IMG/VR virus record: IMGVR_UViG_3300017544_000009
Coordinates: 1 to 32,833 of that record
From: a virus
Taxonomy: Duplodnaviria; Caudoviricetes
DNA length: 32,833 nt
Strand: one strand, 5' to 3'
Each line of letters begins with the position of its first letter. Position 1 is the stretch's first letter. Position numbers and translations under genes: made by a program. Below are positions 9,965 to 19,402 of this stretch, piece after piece. The notes beneath the pieces were generated by a model that saw nothing but the letters and a program-made list of their open reading frames with translations, was not told the DNA's origin and made no database searches.

Positions 9965-12069
9965 TACCAGTAGCGGCCCTTGCCATTGCGATATGCAGTC
10001 GCGATTTCATCATCAGTGGGCGCACGCCCGAACTGGTTCTGGTATCCCCGCGCGATACGCTGCCGGATGTTCTCGGGAACGTCGCGCACGCCCAGTTCGA
10101 AGCGCGGCTTCGTGCGCTCGGACTGCCCGGTGGGGATGCCCACAAAGGTCGTATTGACGGTAAACGTCACATCCCGCGTGGCTGACTGGTATGCCCGGTA
10201 AAGCTCATCATCCGTGGGATTGCGCTTGCCGCCTGTGAGCGCCTGAATTTCCGCTTCCATCGTTTTCTGAACGGCAACGCGCTTCTGGCGGACATCTTCC
10301 TTGTTTCCGGTCAAACCATCCTCGACACCGAACGTGGAAATCGTGGACGCGACCTTGCTGCGGATCGACTTGTCAGGATCGCCGCGAATGATTTTTGCCT
10401 GCTCGACAGCGAATCCCTGGAGTTCCGCCCTCGTGACCTGGCCCACATATTTACCCAGCGGTTCACGAGAAAACCGTTCTGGCTCAAGGACGCGCATAAG
10501 CTCAAGGCTGGTCGCGGTATTGCCGTTCGCAAGCACGCCCTCGGATTTGGTGTTGCTCTTGGCGACGCCCATATATTGGCGCAGCGCGTCGGGAGACAGG
10601 CTGTTGCGGACGCCTGCCGGAATCTGGCTAACATCCGTGAACCTGTCTCCCAGATTGAGAACGACCTCGCTGGCGGCGCGATCTGCGTCAGCCTCCTCGC
10701 GGGCTTTAAGCGTCTCATCCGTCGATACGCGGCGGCGTATTTCGTCCTTCGCTCGCTCGCGGCGTTCGAATGACCAGCCCTCCGTATCGGCGCGCTGATC
10801 GGCGCGGGCCAGTAGTGTATCAAGATCATGTCGACGTGGGGACTGCTGAGCGCCCCCAATCACCTGCTGGGGATCGACGGTCCTGCCCTCCTTCTTCACA
10901 ACCAGATGCAGGTGCGGGCCAGTCGAATGGCCGGTAGTGCCAACGCCACCCAGCAAAGTATCAGGCGTGACGGCATCGCCTGGCTTCAGTTCGGTCGGAG
11001 CCTTCATGTGCGAATAGCTGGAGGTTGTTCCATCGCCGTGATCGATGACAACAAAATTGCCGCTGCGATCATCATGGCCGGCACGGAGAACCTTTCCAGC
11101 CCCGATGGAATAGATCGGCGTTCCAGTCGCTGCGGGAAAGTCCACGCCGTTGTGCGTCTTGCCATTTCCGCGCGCAACGCCATAGCCGGACGAAACGCCC
11201 TTACCAGCGCCGCGAAGGGGATCGGCATAGTTGGTGGATGTGCCGGTATCGTCGGCCCAGCCACCGCCCATGATCGAAGCCACATCCCCATAGGTTTCGC
11301 GCTTCTCCAGCGGCGACTTGAGCGCGGCGGCGATAGTTATCTCATCCTTCGCGGTCAAATCGTCCAGATGCTTGCGGAAATAGGCGTCGGCTCCATCGAC
11401 CTCCCCGGCCGTCATCATGCGGTCGATGATCGTGGAATGGATGCCTGAGACATATTTCGCCTCTTCGGCCCGGACAATATCCGGATCGGTCAGGCCCTTG
11501 CGCCCCAGATTTTCGCGCAACTGCGCGCGGCCATCCGCAATGAACCCGGCGCTCAGATCAGGATTGCTCCAGTTTTCCGCCGCCTGCTCTCCGAAATTCT
11601 GAAGCCGCGCCCCGCCTACTTCCTCCTCGTAGATGGCGGACTGGCGAACGGCGTGTTCCGCGACGCCATCGAGATAGACGCCATGATATTGCTGCAAGCG
11701 GCCTTTGAGATAAATCTGGGTCCGCTTATCAGCCTTGCCCACAATGTCATTATACAGCCCATTCAACGCATCGTCTGCCTGCGGGCGGGCGGTCAGGGCA
11801 TCCTTACCCTGCTTGGCAGCATAGCCGGTTTTGATCCAGCGCGCTCCGCTCTGATATTGGAGCAGAAGATCATCGGCGGAGGTGCGGGCAACCCTATCAT
11901 CCAGTTCGTCCGCTGCTTGGGCATATCCCTGCACGCCCTTGCCGATATCTTGCAATCCACTTCCGACCGCACCGGCAACGCCACCATTATTGTCGGCGGG
12001 GCGAAGGCGAACGGATGAAACCGGATTTAGCTGGAGGTCGCCAGCGCGCGAGATGGGGACACGCGCCAT
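9964..12069 (-). CDS. Internal virion protein with M23 (LytM) peptidoglycan endopeptidase domain
   Basis: HNGVDF (HxxxD), GNFVVIDH, YSHM and STGPHLH (HxH) motifs at about 10870-11170, embedded in a helical ejection protein. Confidence 0.9.
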   Translation of the reverse strand: MARVPISRAGDLQLNPVSSVRLRPADNNGGVAGAVGSGLQDIGKGVQGYAQAADELDDRVARTSADDLLLQYQSGARWIKTGYAAKQGKDALTARPQADDALNGLYNDIVGKADKRTQIYLKGRLQQYHGVYLDGVAEHAVRQSAIYEEEVGGARLQNFGEQAAENWSNPDLSAGFIADGRAQLRENLGRKGLTDPDIVRAEEAKYVSGIHSTIIDRMMTAGEVDGADAYFRKHLDDLTAKDEITIAAALKSPLEKRETYGDVASIMGGGWADDTGTSTNYADPLRGAGKGVSSGYGVARGNGKTHNGVDFPAATGTPIYSIGAGKVLRAGHDDRSGNFVVIDHGDGTTSSYSHMKAPTELKPGDAVTPDTLLGGVGTTGHSTGPHLHLVVKKEGRTVDPQQVIGGAQQSPRRHDLDTLLARADQRADTEGWSFERRERAKDEIRRRVSTDETLKAREEADADRAASEVVLNLGDRFTDVSQIPAGVRNSLSPDALRQYMGVAKSNTKSEGVLANGNTATSLELMRVLEPERFSREPLGKYVGQVTRAELQGFAVEQAKIIRGDPDKSIRSKVASTISTFGVEDGLTGNKEDVRQKRVAVQKTMEAEIQALTGGKRNPTDDELYRAYQSATRDVTFTVNTTFVGIPTGQSERTKPRFELGVRDVPENIRQRIARGYQNQFGRAPTDDEIATAYRNGKGRYW

Positions 12070-12572
12070 CAGGCACCGCCCGCCTTCAGTTTCTTATACT
12101 GCTGCGCCCCTCCGAGCAGCGTATTGGCAACGCCGAACGCACCACCCACAAGCGCCCCGGTCGCCGCCTGGCCAGATGCGGCGGCCTGCGAACGATAATT
12201 CCCCGCCTGCCGCTCAAAGCCCTGCACCTCGCGGATATTATTCTCGCGGATGGTCTGCGAATCTTCCTGGCCGAGCATGGCGGTATCGCCCCGAAAGTCA
12301 GCCGCCGAACCGAAATTTACATCGATCCCGTTGGGCGCCAGTGAGGCCCGCTGCGCGCCCATCTCCTGACTGAGCCTGCGCTGCTGCTGCTGGACCTGCT
12401 GCTTGCCCCGATCCAGCGCATCGCGCGCCGCCGCATCCTCCAGTTTCGCGTTCTGCTCCGCGACCCTCTGCTGATACTTCTGCTGGGAATAAGCCTGGAT
12501 GGCCGTAACGCCGGTCCCGACCGCTGACACAGCCGTGCCGATCAAAGCGAGAGTGACAGGATCAGCGCACAT
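12069..12572 (-). CDS. Small internal virion protein (T7 gp14-like)
   Basis: MCADPVTLALIG N-terminus, Ala/Gly/Gln-rich body, NGIDVNFGSA motif, conserved gene position. Confidence 0.75.
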   Translation of the reverse strand: MCADPVTLALIGTAVSAVGTGVTAIQAYSQQKYQQRVAEQNAKLEDAAARDALDRGKQQVQQQQRRLSQEMGAQRASLAPNGIDVNFGSAADFRGDTAMLGQEDSQTIRENNIREVQGFERQAGNYRSQAAASGQAATGALVGGAFGVANTLLGGAQQYKKLKAGGA

Positions 12573-13021
12573 CAGCCTTCCCTCCAGAACCTAACGAAAG
12601 GGACTCCGCCGACCATCATCTGCTCTTCTCCAATCTCGAAGCCCCAGCGCCCCAGCATCCTGATCGCCCGCTCGTTTTCGACGGAGACCATGTTCTCCAG
12701 CCTGCGAAACCGGCGATGCATTAATGCTATAAGGCCCGGCCCAGCGGTCAGCATCTCTCTTGCACAATCGAAGGCTGCGTCAGTCGCAAGCATCCACGGA
12801 TGCCCGATCCCGTCGATGGCGCTGCCGGGCGTGACGCCGAACATGCCTTCGGGGCGCCCATCGATCTTCGCGGTATAGGCCACCACCGATGCGGCAAGGC
12901 TGGACCGCAGGCCGGTTTTTGCCGTCTTGCCCATTGCCGCGCATTCACGCTGATCGATCAACCGCATCCGATGGGCGATGCGCCCTATATGAGCGGGACT
13001 GGCGCGGACCAGCTCAATCAA
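12572..13021 (-). CDS. GNAT-fold acetyltransferase-like protein (T7 gp13-like)
   Basis: GHPWMLAT and LENMVSVENERAIRMLGRWGF (GNAT motif B-like). Sits between the nozzle and ejection genes. Confidence 0.75.
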   Translation of the reverse strand: MIELVRASPAHIGRIAHRMRLIDQRECAAMGKTAKTGLRSSLAASVVAYTAKIDGRPEGMFGVTPGSAIDGIGHPWMLATDAAFDCAREMLTAGPGLIALMHRRFRRLENMVSVENERAIRMLGRWGFEIGEEQMMVGGVPFVRFWREG

Positions 13022-15336
13022 GGCTCGCTCGCGATGGGATCGAGATAGACCGCCGTGACCGTCATGGGCGTAGGATCGGTGGAGCGAATGAACAGGGTTG
13101 CCTCCCCGGACGTGACAGGCTCGGTTGACGCTTCCACGGAGCCTGTGAACAGATCGGTCGGCGTTCCCAGCGGTTCATTGCGCCGGGCCTTGATGGGATA
13201 CATCTTCGCCAGCCGACGCCCGGTCTCGATGCTGCCATGCCGCGTATCGGCCAGTTGAAGCACGATATTGCCGAGCATCTGCCGCTTCTCCCGCGACCAT
13301 CCGCCTTGCTGAGTCTGCGCGACAATCGGCAGCGTTTCGATCAGCGCCTCATAGGGAAGGCCGATCGTCACGAAACCGGTTGCCTCATAGTCGAGATCAA
13401 CCGTGCCATCGGCAGCTACGACAAGATCGGTGATGACAAAGCCATCCGCCAATGCGCTAACCGTTTCACCCGCCAGATGCGGCACGAGGAATCGGCTCGT
13501 CGGCTCAGAAGGGGCAAAGGATACCGAGCAGTCGAGATAGCAGGACTGATTGACATCATCCCATTTTGCCGAAGCCATCCGCTCCAGAAATAGGCGCTCA
13601 ACGCCGTTTATGGCCCGTCGCACAAGCAAATAGGTCCGGTTCTCGCCTTGCTCCGGAATCGCGCAGGCATCGACGATCTGCCCGGCTGTTTCGCAGAGGG
13701 TCCAGCCCCATACCTGCTGCTCCTGCTGCCATGTGAAGGCAGGCATCTTGCCGTCCGACCGCACGGTGAACAGGACTGAAAGCGGCTCCTGCGCGTAGGT
13801 CCAGGCCGGGAAGGTGAAACCCTTGAACAAGCCCGGTGAGAAGATCGACACATCGTTCGATTTGTAGCCGTCGATATCGAAGCTGAAACCGAGTGACCGC
13901 ACCTCAGACCCGACCGAGGGCTGATAGAAGATCACCTCATCCATGATGATGGGCTTCAATCGGCTGACGCCGCGACCGGACTGGCGCAGCGCGCGGGGAG
14001 GCGGCGTGGCGGCCAGATAGTCCGTGTTCGATCCCATGATCTTGAACACGGCGTCCCCGGTCAGGGCCAGCAATTCACTCATCGGCACAAGGGCGTTCAC
14101 TGCGTTCACCTTCTGCGCCATGATGCGGAACGTGATCGCGTCGTCCTCCTTCAGGGGGCGGGCAATATCGTAATTCTCGAAGTCCGCTGTGCGCGACGCA
14201 TAAACGGCGCTGGGCGACGTGAGCGTCCGACCCCAGAAAAGCCGCTGCTCGAAGAAGGTGACGGTCGAAGGCCGGTTCCCGCCAGCGAAGGGATTAAACG
14301 CTTCAGGTGGGCCATCGGTCAGATCGGGCGCGATATTGTCGTCCGTAAAGGACAGGGAATCGGTAATGCCGATGAACCCGTAATCCTGCTGGTTATCAGC
14401 CTTGTAAACGCGATAGCGGTTCGCGGTGACGCCTGATGGCGCCGACCATGAGACCACATTCTTGTTGCGCTTGAGGGTCAGATCGTTAGTCGCCGTGGCA
14501 GAAGTCGACGCCCGGCTTTCCTGCCCAGAAGCGTCATTTATGGCGGTGACAACATAGCTCGCGGGTTGGGGGAAATAGCCGTTCCCGTCATTACCGGAAT
14601 CGGTGTTGGCAATCGTGGCGGTAACGCCGACGCCTGTGGGCTTATTGATCGTCGGCCCGAAGCCCACCGAAGAATGTGTCCAGCTTGTGTGGCCCGTCCT
14701 GACCAGCTTGCCGGGATCGTAATCGGTGTGCGCGAGATAGACGATATCGAACGCCTGCGTATAATCCATGTCGGCCAGATCGACATAATCATATGGCGTC
14801 GTGATCTTATAGATCCGCGCGACGGTCATTCCGTCTCCTCCACCGCCGAACGCGCCGAAACTTGTGCTGTTGACCGGGACCGTGAAGGTGTTCGCCCCCG
14901 TGACCGTGACGGTCAGGATGCGGCCATTGATCTCCCGCATCCCCTGCGAACCGGAAAAGAACACCTCATCGCCGCTGGAAAAGCCGTGCCCCGCGACCGT
15001 AATCGCAGCAGTGTTGGCGTTTGTTGCGGCCGTTACGGTCTTGGCCGCCTCAGTCACCATGCCACCTGTCGCTGCAAGGCGCATGTTGTGGTCGCCCATC
15101 ACGAGGATATAGGACGCGCCATAAGCCCCTTCGAAAGGCAGGAGGCGCTTGTCGCCGTCCTTTATCTCGCAAACCATGTGCGTGCCCGGACGCTTGGTCA
15201 GCCCGCCATATTTCATGATAAGCACGTTGCTCGCCTGCCGGACGCCAGCCGAATAGGGAGCGATGTCGACGCGGCCCCAAAGCTCTTTCGACAGGATGCC
15301 CTTGGAGAAGTTATGCAGTCCGACGCGGAACGACAT
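13018..15336 (-). CDS. Tail tubular protein B / nozzle (T7 gp12-like)
   Basis: NFSKGILSKELWGRVD...GGLTKRPGT N-terminus, PSTVTFFEQRLFWG, EQQVWGW. 772 aa. Confidence 0.88.
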   Translation of the reverse strand: MSFRVGLHNFSKGILSKELWGRVDIAPYSAGVRQASNVLIMKYGGLTKRPGTHMVCEIKDGDKRLLPFEGAYGASYILVMGDHNMRLAATGGMVTEAAKTVTAATNANTAAITVAGHGFSSGDEVFFSGSQGMREINGRILTVTVTGANTFTVPVNSTSFGAFGGGGDGMTVARIYKITTPYDYVDLADMDYTQAFDIVYLAHTDYDPGKLVRTGHTSWTHSSVGFGPTINKPTGVGVTATIANTDSGNDGNGYFPQPASYVVTAINDASGQESRASTSATATNDLTLKRNKNVVSWSAPSGVTANRYRVYKADNQQDYGFIGITDSLSFTDDNIAPDLTDGPPEAFNPFAGGNRPSTVTFFEQRLFWGRTLTSPSAVYASRTADFENYDIARPLKEDDAITFRIMAQKVNAVNALVPMSELLALTGDAVFKIMGSNTDYLAATPPPRALRQSGRGVSRLKPIIMDEVIFYQPSVGSEVRSLGFSFDIDGYKSNDVSIFSPGLFKGFTFPAWTYAQEPLSVLFTVRSDGKMPAFTWQQEQQVWGWTLCETAGQIVDACAIPEQGENRTYLLVRRAINGVERLFLERMASAKWDDVNQSCYLDCSVSFAPSEPTSRFLVPHLAGETVSALADGFVITDLVVAADGTVDLDYEATGFVTIGLPYEALIETLPIVAQTQQGGWSREKRQMLGNIVLQLADTRHGSIETGRRLAKMYPIKARRNEPLGTPTDLFTGSVEASTEPVTSGEATLFIRSTDPTPMTVTAVYLDPIASEP

Positions 15337-15608
15337 TATGCGTCCCCGGAATCGATAAACTGGCTTTCCGCCGTCTCGGTCAGCAGGTCAAAGCCGCTAC
15401 CGTTCGAACGGTAGACACGGAACAACGCACCTTCACCGCGCCAGTGGACGAGGTTCACATTGCCATCGACCGATAGGTCATTGGTGCAACTGACCTCGTT
15501 CGACATCTGCTCCTCGCCGTCTACCATATCGCCGACACGATAGGTCTGGCGGGTGGAACCCGCGCCGACCGACGCAATCACAGGCTGAACCCCGATGCGC
15601 GAAATCAT
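15336..15608 (-). CDS. 90-aa beta-rich protein resembling an internal domain of the adjacent nozzle protein
   Basis: Coupled on both sides (ATGA and TAATG overlaps). Shares TNDL..N.N.V.W...RVY...F.D with the nozzle. Confidence 0.7.
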   Translation of the reverse strand: MISRIGVQPVIASVGAGSTRQTYRVGDMVDGEEQMSNEVSCTNDLSVDGNVNLVHWRGEGALFRVYRSNGSGFDLLTETAESQFIDSGDA

Positions 15609-16255
15609 ATCTGGTCTCCATAGCCGGCGCGGGCGAGCATGAACTCCGGGATGAAGTCACGGGTGGTTTCGCGGTCGCGGTTCATGTCGTCGGCCTTGGC
15701 GCGTTCGCGCGCCACCTCCGCCATGCGGATCAATTCGCCCTGGCGCTTGGTATCCTTCTTGATCGGCATGACGACGCGGGAGGCCAGTTCCAGCGCCAGG
15801 GCGCGGGCGAACTTCGCGGTAAAGACGCTTTCCGATACGCTGTTGCTGGCATATTCGAGGACCGCGCCTTCCACATTGCCATAGAGCTTGCCGGTCGCGA
15901 TGCGGAAGGGCGTCCGCGCCTCAAGACCCCGAGCGCGACCGATCCATGAATATATGGGGACCGGGCTAGCCGCGTCCGCACCGCTGTAGGGCAGGAGATG
16001 CAGCGGACGGGCGAGATCAAGGGGCAGGCGATAGGTATATTGCCATTCGCTGGGCCGGTCGTTGGGCACCTGCGCCAATGCCTCGCGCCGCGTCGCGAAG
16101 TCGTAATCATGATCCTCAAGCAGGAAATTGATCGCTGGCTGATACTGATCGTTCAGGAAATCGGACGCGAGGTTCACGTCATCGAGACTGTCGATGCGCT
16201 GTTCCGGCAACTCAGCGAGTGCCATGTTCCATATCTGGAGTTTCGATAGGGCCAT
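15605..16255 (-). CDS. Tail tubular protein A / adaptor (T7 gp11-like)
   Basis: IWNMALAEL, YDFATRR, WQYTYRLPLD, FARALALELA motifs typical of podovirus adaptors. Confidence 0.85.
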   Translation of the reverse strand: MALSKLQIWNMALAELPEQRIDSLDDVNLASDFLNDQYQPAINFLLEDHDYDFATRREALAQVPNDRPSEWQYTYRLPLDLARPLHLLPYSGADAASPVPIYSWIGRARGLEARTPFRIATGKLYGNVEGAVLEYASNSVSESVFTAKFARALALELASRVVMPIKKDTKRQGELIRMAEVARERAKADDMNRDRETTRDFIPEFMLARAGYGDQI

Positions 16256-16261
16256 GCCACT

Positions 16262-16303
16262 GGTCTAGCGCGGCGCGCTGGATGGCATGGCTGGAATGCA
16301 CAG
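16262..16303 (-). promoter_or_regulatory. Putative late promoter 2: CTGTGCA-N29-TAGACC
   Basis: Directly after a terminator. The ATG of tail tube A lies 6 nt after the hexamer with no SD, consistent with a leaderless transcript. Confidence 0.7.
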
Positions 16304-16307
16304 CACC

Positions 16308-16335
16308 AAGAGAAAGGGCGACCCGAAGGCCGCCC
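16308..16335 (-). terminator. Rho-independent terminator ending the head operon
   Basis: Minus strand GGGCGGCC-TTCG-GGTCGCCC followed by TTTCTCTT, 5 nt after the stop at 16341. Confidence 0.85.
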
Positions 16336-16340
16336 ATCCT

Positions 16341-16805
16341 TTATTCGCCGTCCTTGGCGGGCTTGTGCGCCCGCGTGGTCTTGGCGGGCTTGCTCACCTG
16401 TTCGGACAGGCTATCACCGGGGCCGACAACCTCTTCCACCGCAGCCGGTGCATCTTCCGATGCCCGAACAAGGAAACTGTCGCCCACCGGAACGGAACCC
16501 GGTGGCAGGGCCTGCGGTCGGGTGGCTCCCGGCGCGGAAGGAGCGACAGGCGCCATGACAAGCGGCTGCGATCCGGTGTTGGTCTCGGTCGGATCGGCAA
16601 CATTGTCACTGAAAACGGGCTCCCTGTCCCTGCCTTCTTCCGCCTCACGCTGGCTGAGCAGCGCCTTCAACTGGTCGACGGTCAGGTTGCCGATGGGCGT
16701 GGAAGCCGCAGGCATGACTTCGCCCTTGGCATCCACATCGACACGTTCGCCCGGATAGACCAGACGGCCACCGATGAACGACTTTTTCGTGATGACCTTT
16801 TCCAT
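16341..16805 (-). CDS. Hypothetical Pro/Ala-rich head-operon protein (154 aa)
   Basis: GAGGAG RBS. Last gene before the terminator. Short folded-looking N-terminus and a low-complexity tail. Confidence 0.75.
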   Translation of the reverse strand: MEKVITKKSFIGGRLVYPGERVDVDAKGEVMPAASTPIGNLTVDQLKALLSQREAEEGRDREPVFSDNVADPTETNTGSQPLVMAPVAPSAPGATRPQALPPGSVPVGDSFLVRASEDAPAAVEEVVGPGDSLSEQVSKPAKTTRAHKPAKDGE

Positions 16806-16817
16806 GGATCAATCTCC

Positions 16818-17270
16818 TCAGAAGCCGTGGCTGTTTGGCACGGGCCGGTCAGCCTGCGGCGTTTCGGTGCCGATCACCAGACCCGCCGTCACCTTGCCGG
16901 TGGTGTAATCCCCGGCGTTCGTGGTGTAGCGGAAACCCAGATAGGGCTTGCTGAGCTTGGGCAGCGGAATGTCGATCACCCGCTTGCCCGCAGCCAGATT
17001 GACGTTGGACGATCCGTTCGCGATCGCTCCGGTCGAATAAAGCGACACGACATTCGTGGTCAGCGCGCCGTTGTCCGCCTCGATCACCTCGAACGTCATG
17101 CCCGTTGCCGAGCCATCCGGAGTGAACCCGGTTTCGATCTGGGCGAAGCACCGCAGGTTGCGGGTGCGATCCGCGCCAAGCAGACCGGAAACCAGAATGG
17201 AATCGGTCGACACAGCGTCGGCGGTGACAGCCTGCTTTTCCGAGCAGAGCAGTTCCTTGTCGGTATTCAT
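16818..17270 (-). CDS. Capsid cement/decoration protein (BPP-1 Bbp16-like)
   Basis: DKELLCSEKQAVTADAVSTD...YLGFRYT...TGKVTAGLV pattern. Directly after the major capsid gene. Confidence 0.8.
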   Translation of the reverse strand: MNTDKELLCSEKQAVTADAVSTDSILVSGLLGADRTRNLRCFAQIETGFTPDGSATGMTFEVIEADNGALTTNVVSLYSTGAIANGSSNVNLAAGKRVIDIPLPKLSKPYLGFRYTTNAGDYTTGKVTAGLVIGTETPQADRPVPNSHGF

Positions 17271-17282
17271 GTGCGTCCCTCC

Positions 17283-18320
17283 TTATGCGACGACACGGGC
17301 TTCATCGACGTTCAGGGCGTCGACAGCACGGATGGGGATGCCATCGAAGGCCGTCACACGACGGCCGCCAATGGTTTCGAAACCGAGCAGGCCACGCCCG
17401 CCACGACTGTCGACGAGCGCCTGACGACGCATCATCGCGGACAGCGGCTTGGGCGCGTAGATCGCGGCATTACCCCCGGTGGACTTGATGCGCTCGATCG
17501 CCTGTACCAGCAGGTCTTCGAGGTCCGCTCCGGTCGACCGATCCTTGGTCAGAAGCGAGAAGTCGATATTGGCGATACGCACCGCATTGCGATGGTCGCC
17601 AATCGACAGGCCCGCTTCCCACTGGAAGAAATCGGTATAGGCCGGGTAGGGATTGCCGCTCTCGTCGTTCACCAGATCGCCGATGGGATAGCCATCGGGG
17701 CCGGTGGACTTGTTCGAGGTCATGTCCATGTGGACAAGGCCCGCCTTGGTGCCCTTGGGGAAGATACCCGCGAAGTCCTCGGGGTCCCAGTTGATGACCC
17801 AGATCGAACGGTTGTCCGTGCCGGTGCCGCCTGCATCGATGATGTAATCGCCGGTCGGGCCGTCGAGATCATTGTAGCGGGGAGCGAGTCCGGTGAACTC
17901 CGTCGATTCATAGAAGCTGTTGCCGTAGAACAGCGTCTCGGCCATCTCGTCGTTCATCGCTTCGAAGAACGGCTTGGCGAAGTTCATGCGGGCGCGGGCA
18001 GGGTTGCCGCCAAGCACCGCAAGAGCGCGGTCCATCTGCGACGTTGCCGCAAGCTGGGCCGAAGCCTCATCGAACGCGCCAACAGTCCCCTTGGAGCGCG
18101 GAACGCCCTGGTTATACCGACGCCATGCGACGCCCGGCTTACCCGTGCGGACCCACTTGCGATCACCGGTGATGAGGTTGCCCTCACGCCACGGCATATC
18201 TTCGAGGATCGGGTTTTCCTTCGTCAGGATTTCCGCGATCTGTCCCTGCGACTCGCCTGCTTCACCGTAAGTAGCGGTGACATCGACGAGGGTGGCAAGG
18301 GCACCGTTACGAACGCCCAT
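17283..18320 (-). CDS. Major capsid protein (BPP-1/epsilon15-like HK97 fold)
   Basis: NPILEDMPWREGN, WRRYNQGV, TLFYGN, FTGLAPRYN, IIDAGGTGTDNRSIW, VRIANID, FDGIPIR motifs. Confidence 0.92.
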   Translation of the reverse strand: MGVRNGALATLVDVTATYGEAGESQGQIAEILTKENPILEDMPWREGNLITGDRKWVRTGKPGVAWRRYNQGVPRSKGTVGAFDEASAQLAATSQMDRALAVLGGNPARARMNFAKPFFEAMNDEMAETLFYGNSFYESTEFTGLAPRYNDLDGPTGDYIIDAGGTGTDNRSIWVINWDPEDFAGIFPKGTKAGLVHMDMTSNKSTGPDGYPIGDLVNDESGNPYPAYTDFFQWEAGLSIGDHRNAVRIANIDFSLLTKDRSTGADLEDLLVQAIERIKSTGGNAAIYAPKPLSAMMRRQALVDSRGGRGLLGFETIGGRRVTAFDGIPIRAVDALNVDEARVVA

Positions 18321-18330
18321 AATTCACTCC

Positions 18331-19143
18331 CTACTTCGGTTGAAACTCAGCCCCATACATCTTGCCCTCAGGGGTTTTGGGCTGGGCCACGGCGCCACCG
18401 CGCTCGAACCCGCCTTCGTCCAGATCGCGCCCAACGCGGGCCACGAACCGGATCAAATCCGGATGATTGCCAAGGCCGCTCTCATCGAGCAGTTGGCGGA
18501 AACCCTCGCCCTTCTTCAGGCCGTAATGGTCGAAGGCGCGGGCGGCGTCGGACAGCGTCTTGTCCTTGTTCGCGCCACCAAGGTCAGGGTCATTGTGGAA
18601 GGCGTCGGACCATTCCTTGCGGGTGGTTGCGGCCTGCGTTTCAAGCTGCGCCTTCGCCTTTTCGGCCAGCGCGGGCATGATCTTCTCGCCATAGGCAGAG
18701 ACCAGCTTCTGCGCCTGATCGTTGGACAGGCCTATCTCGCGGAAAATAGGCTCGACCACATCGAACGATGCCTTGTCGAATTCCTGACCCTCACCAGCCG
18801 TCAGTTCATAGGTTTCGGGCGCGCCTGCCGGAGCAGGGCTTTCATCGCCATCCGCTCCTTCTTCACCTTCCTTCTTCGGCGCTTCCTCGCCTTCAGCACC
18901 GCCGCCCAGCAAGGTGGAACCGTCATCATTATCTCCCTCGGCAGCAGGGGCGGGATCAGCGGGCGCAGGATCAGCGGCAGGCGCCGGATCGACAGGCGTG
19001 GGAGCAACAACGACGCCGGGCGCTCCGGCATCATGGTCAGGTGCGCGCAGGAAGCGGCCAGCACGGCGCTCCATCGGCGTCATACGCATGAGCGCGTTAG
19101 GCGCGCTGGTCAGAATCAGATTGGTCTTCGGGTATCGCATCAT
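18331..19143 (-). CDS. Capsid scaffolding protein
   Basis: AAGGAG RBS before ATG 19143 (shorter than the track ORF). Acidic PAPAAD repeats, GAPETYE, GLSNDQAQKLV, GLGNHPDLIRF. Precedes the capsid gene. Confidence 0.8.
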   Translation of the reverse strand: MMRYPKTNLILTSAPNALMRMTPMERRAGRFLRAPDHDAGAPGVVVAPTPVDPAPAADPAPADPAPAAEGDNDDGSTLLGGGAEGEEAPKKEGEEGADGDESPAPAGAPETYELTAGEGQEFDKASFDVVEPIFREIGLSNDQAQKLVSAYGEKIMPALAEKAKAQLETQAATTRKEWSDAFHNDPDLGGANKDKTLSDAARAFDHYGLKKGEGFRQLLDESGLGNHPDLIRFVARVGRDLDEGGFERGGAVAQPKTPEGKMYGAEFQPK

Positions 19144-19402
19144 CGGTCTCCTTGGGGGTGGCTTCGCTAAGCACGAGGACGAGAACTTGCTCGATCGTCC
19201 CACGCGACAGTCCGCGCGCGGCTTGGCGAAATATGTCCAACCCCAGAGACCTGCGGGCTTCTCGATAGGCGAGAAGCGTTGCGTCGGCTCCATTGGCTGG
19301 TATTCCAATACCCGCGTCGCGATACATCTGCAAGAGAAATCGGCGAAAGGCCGGGGTCGCCAGCAATTGCCGCATGTCCAGATCGAGTTGGTTGTGCCTC
19401 AT
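19097..19402 (-). CDS. Small conserved protein between portal and scaffold (Bbp19-like)
   Basis: LLATPAFRRFL...AYREARRSLGLDI pattern and position. ATGA-coupled to the portal gene. Confidence 0.7.
   Translation of the reverse strand: MRHNQLDLDMRQLLATPAFRRFLLQMYRDAGIGIPANGADATLLAYREARRSLGLDIFRQAARGLSRGTIEQVLVLVLSEATPKETDDAIPEDQSDSDQRA

Noticed and set aside
16287-18680. 797-aa plus-strand ORF (and similar ones, e.g. 5894-6802, 7337-8452, 18277-19170, 28522-29463)
   Set aside because: Antisense shadows of well-supported minus-strand genes in GC-rich DNA. No motifs, and the longest crosses a terminator and several gene boundaries.
18935-19000. Short tandem repeats
   Set aside because: They encode the ordinary PAPAAD low-complexity linker of the scaffold protein.
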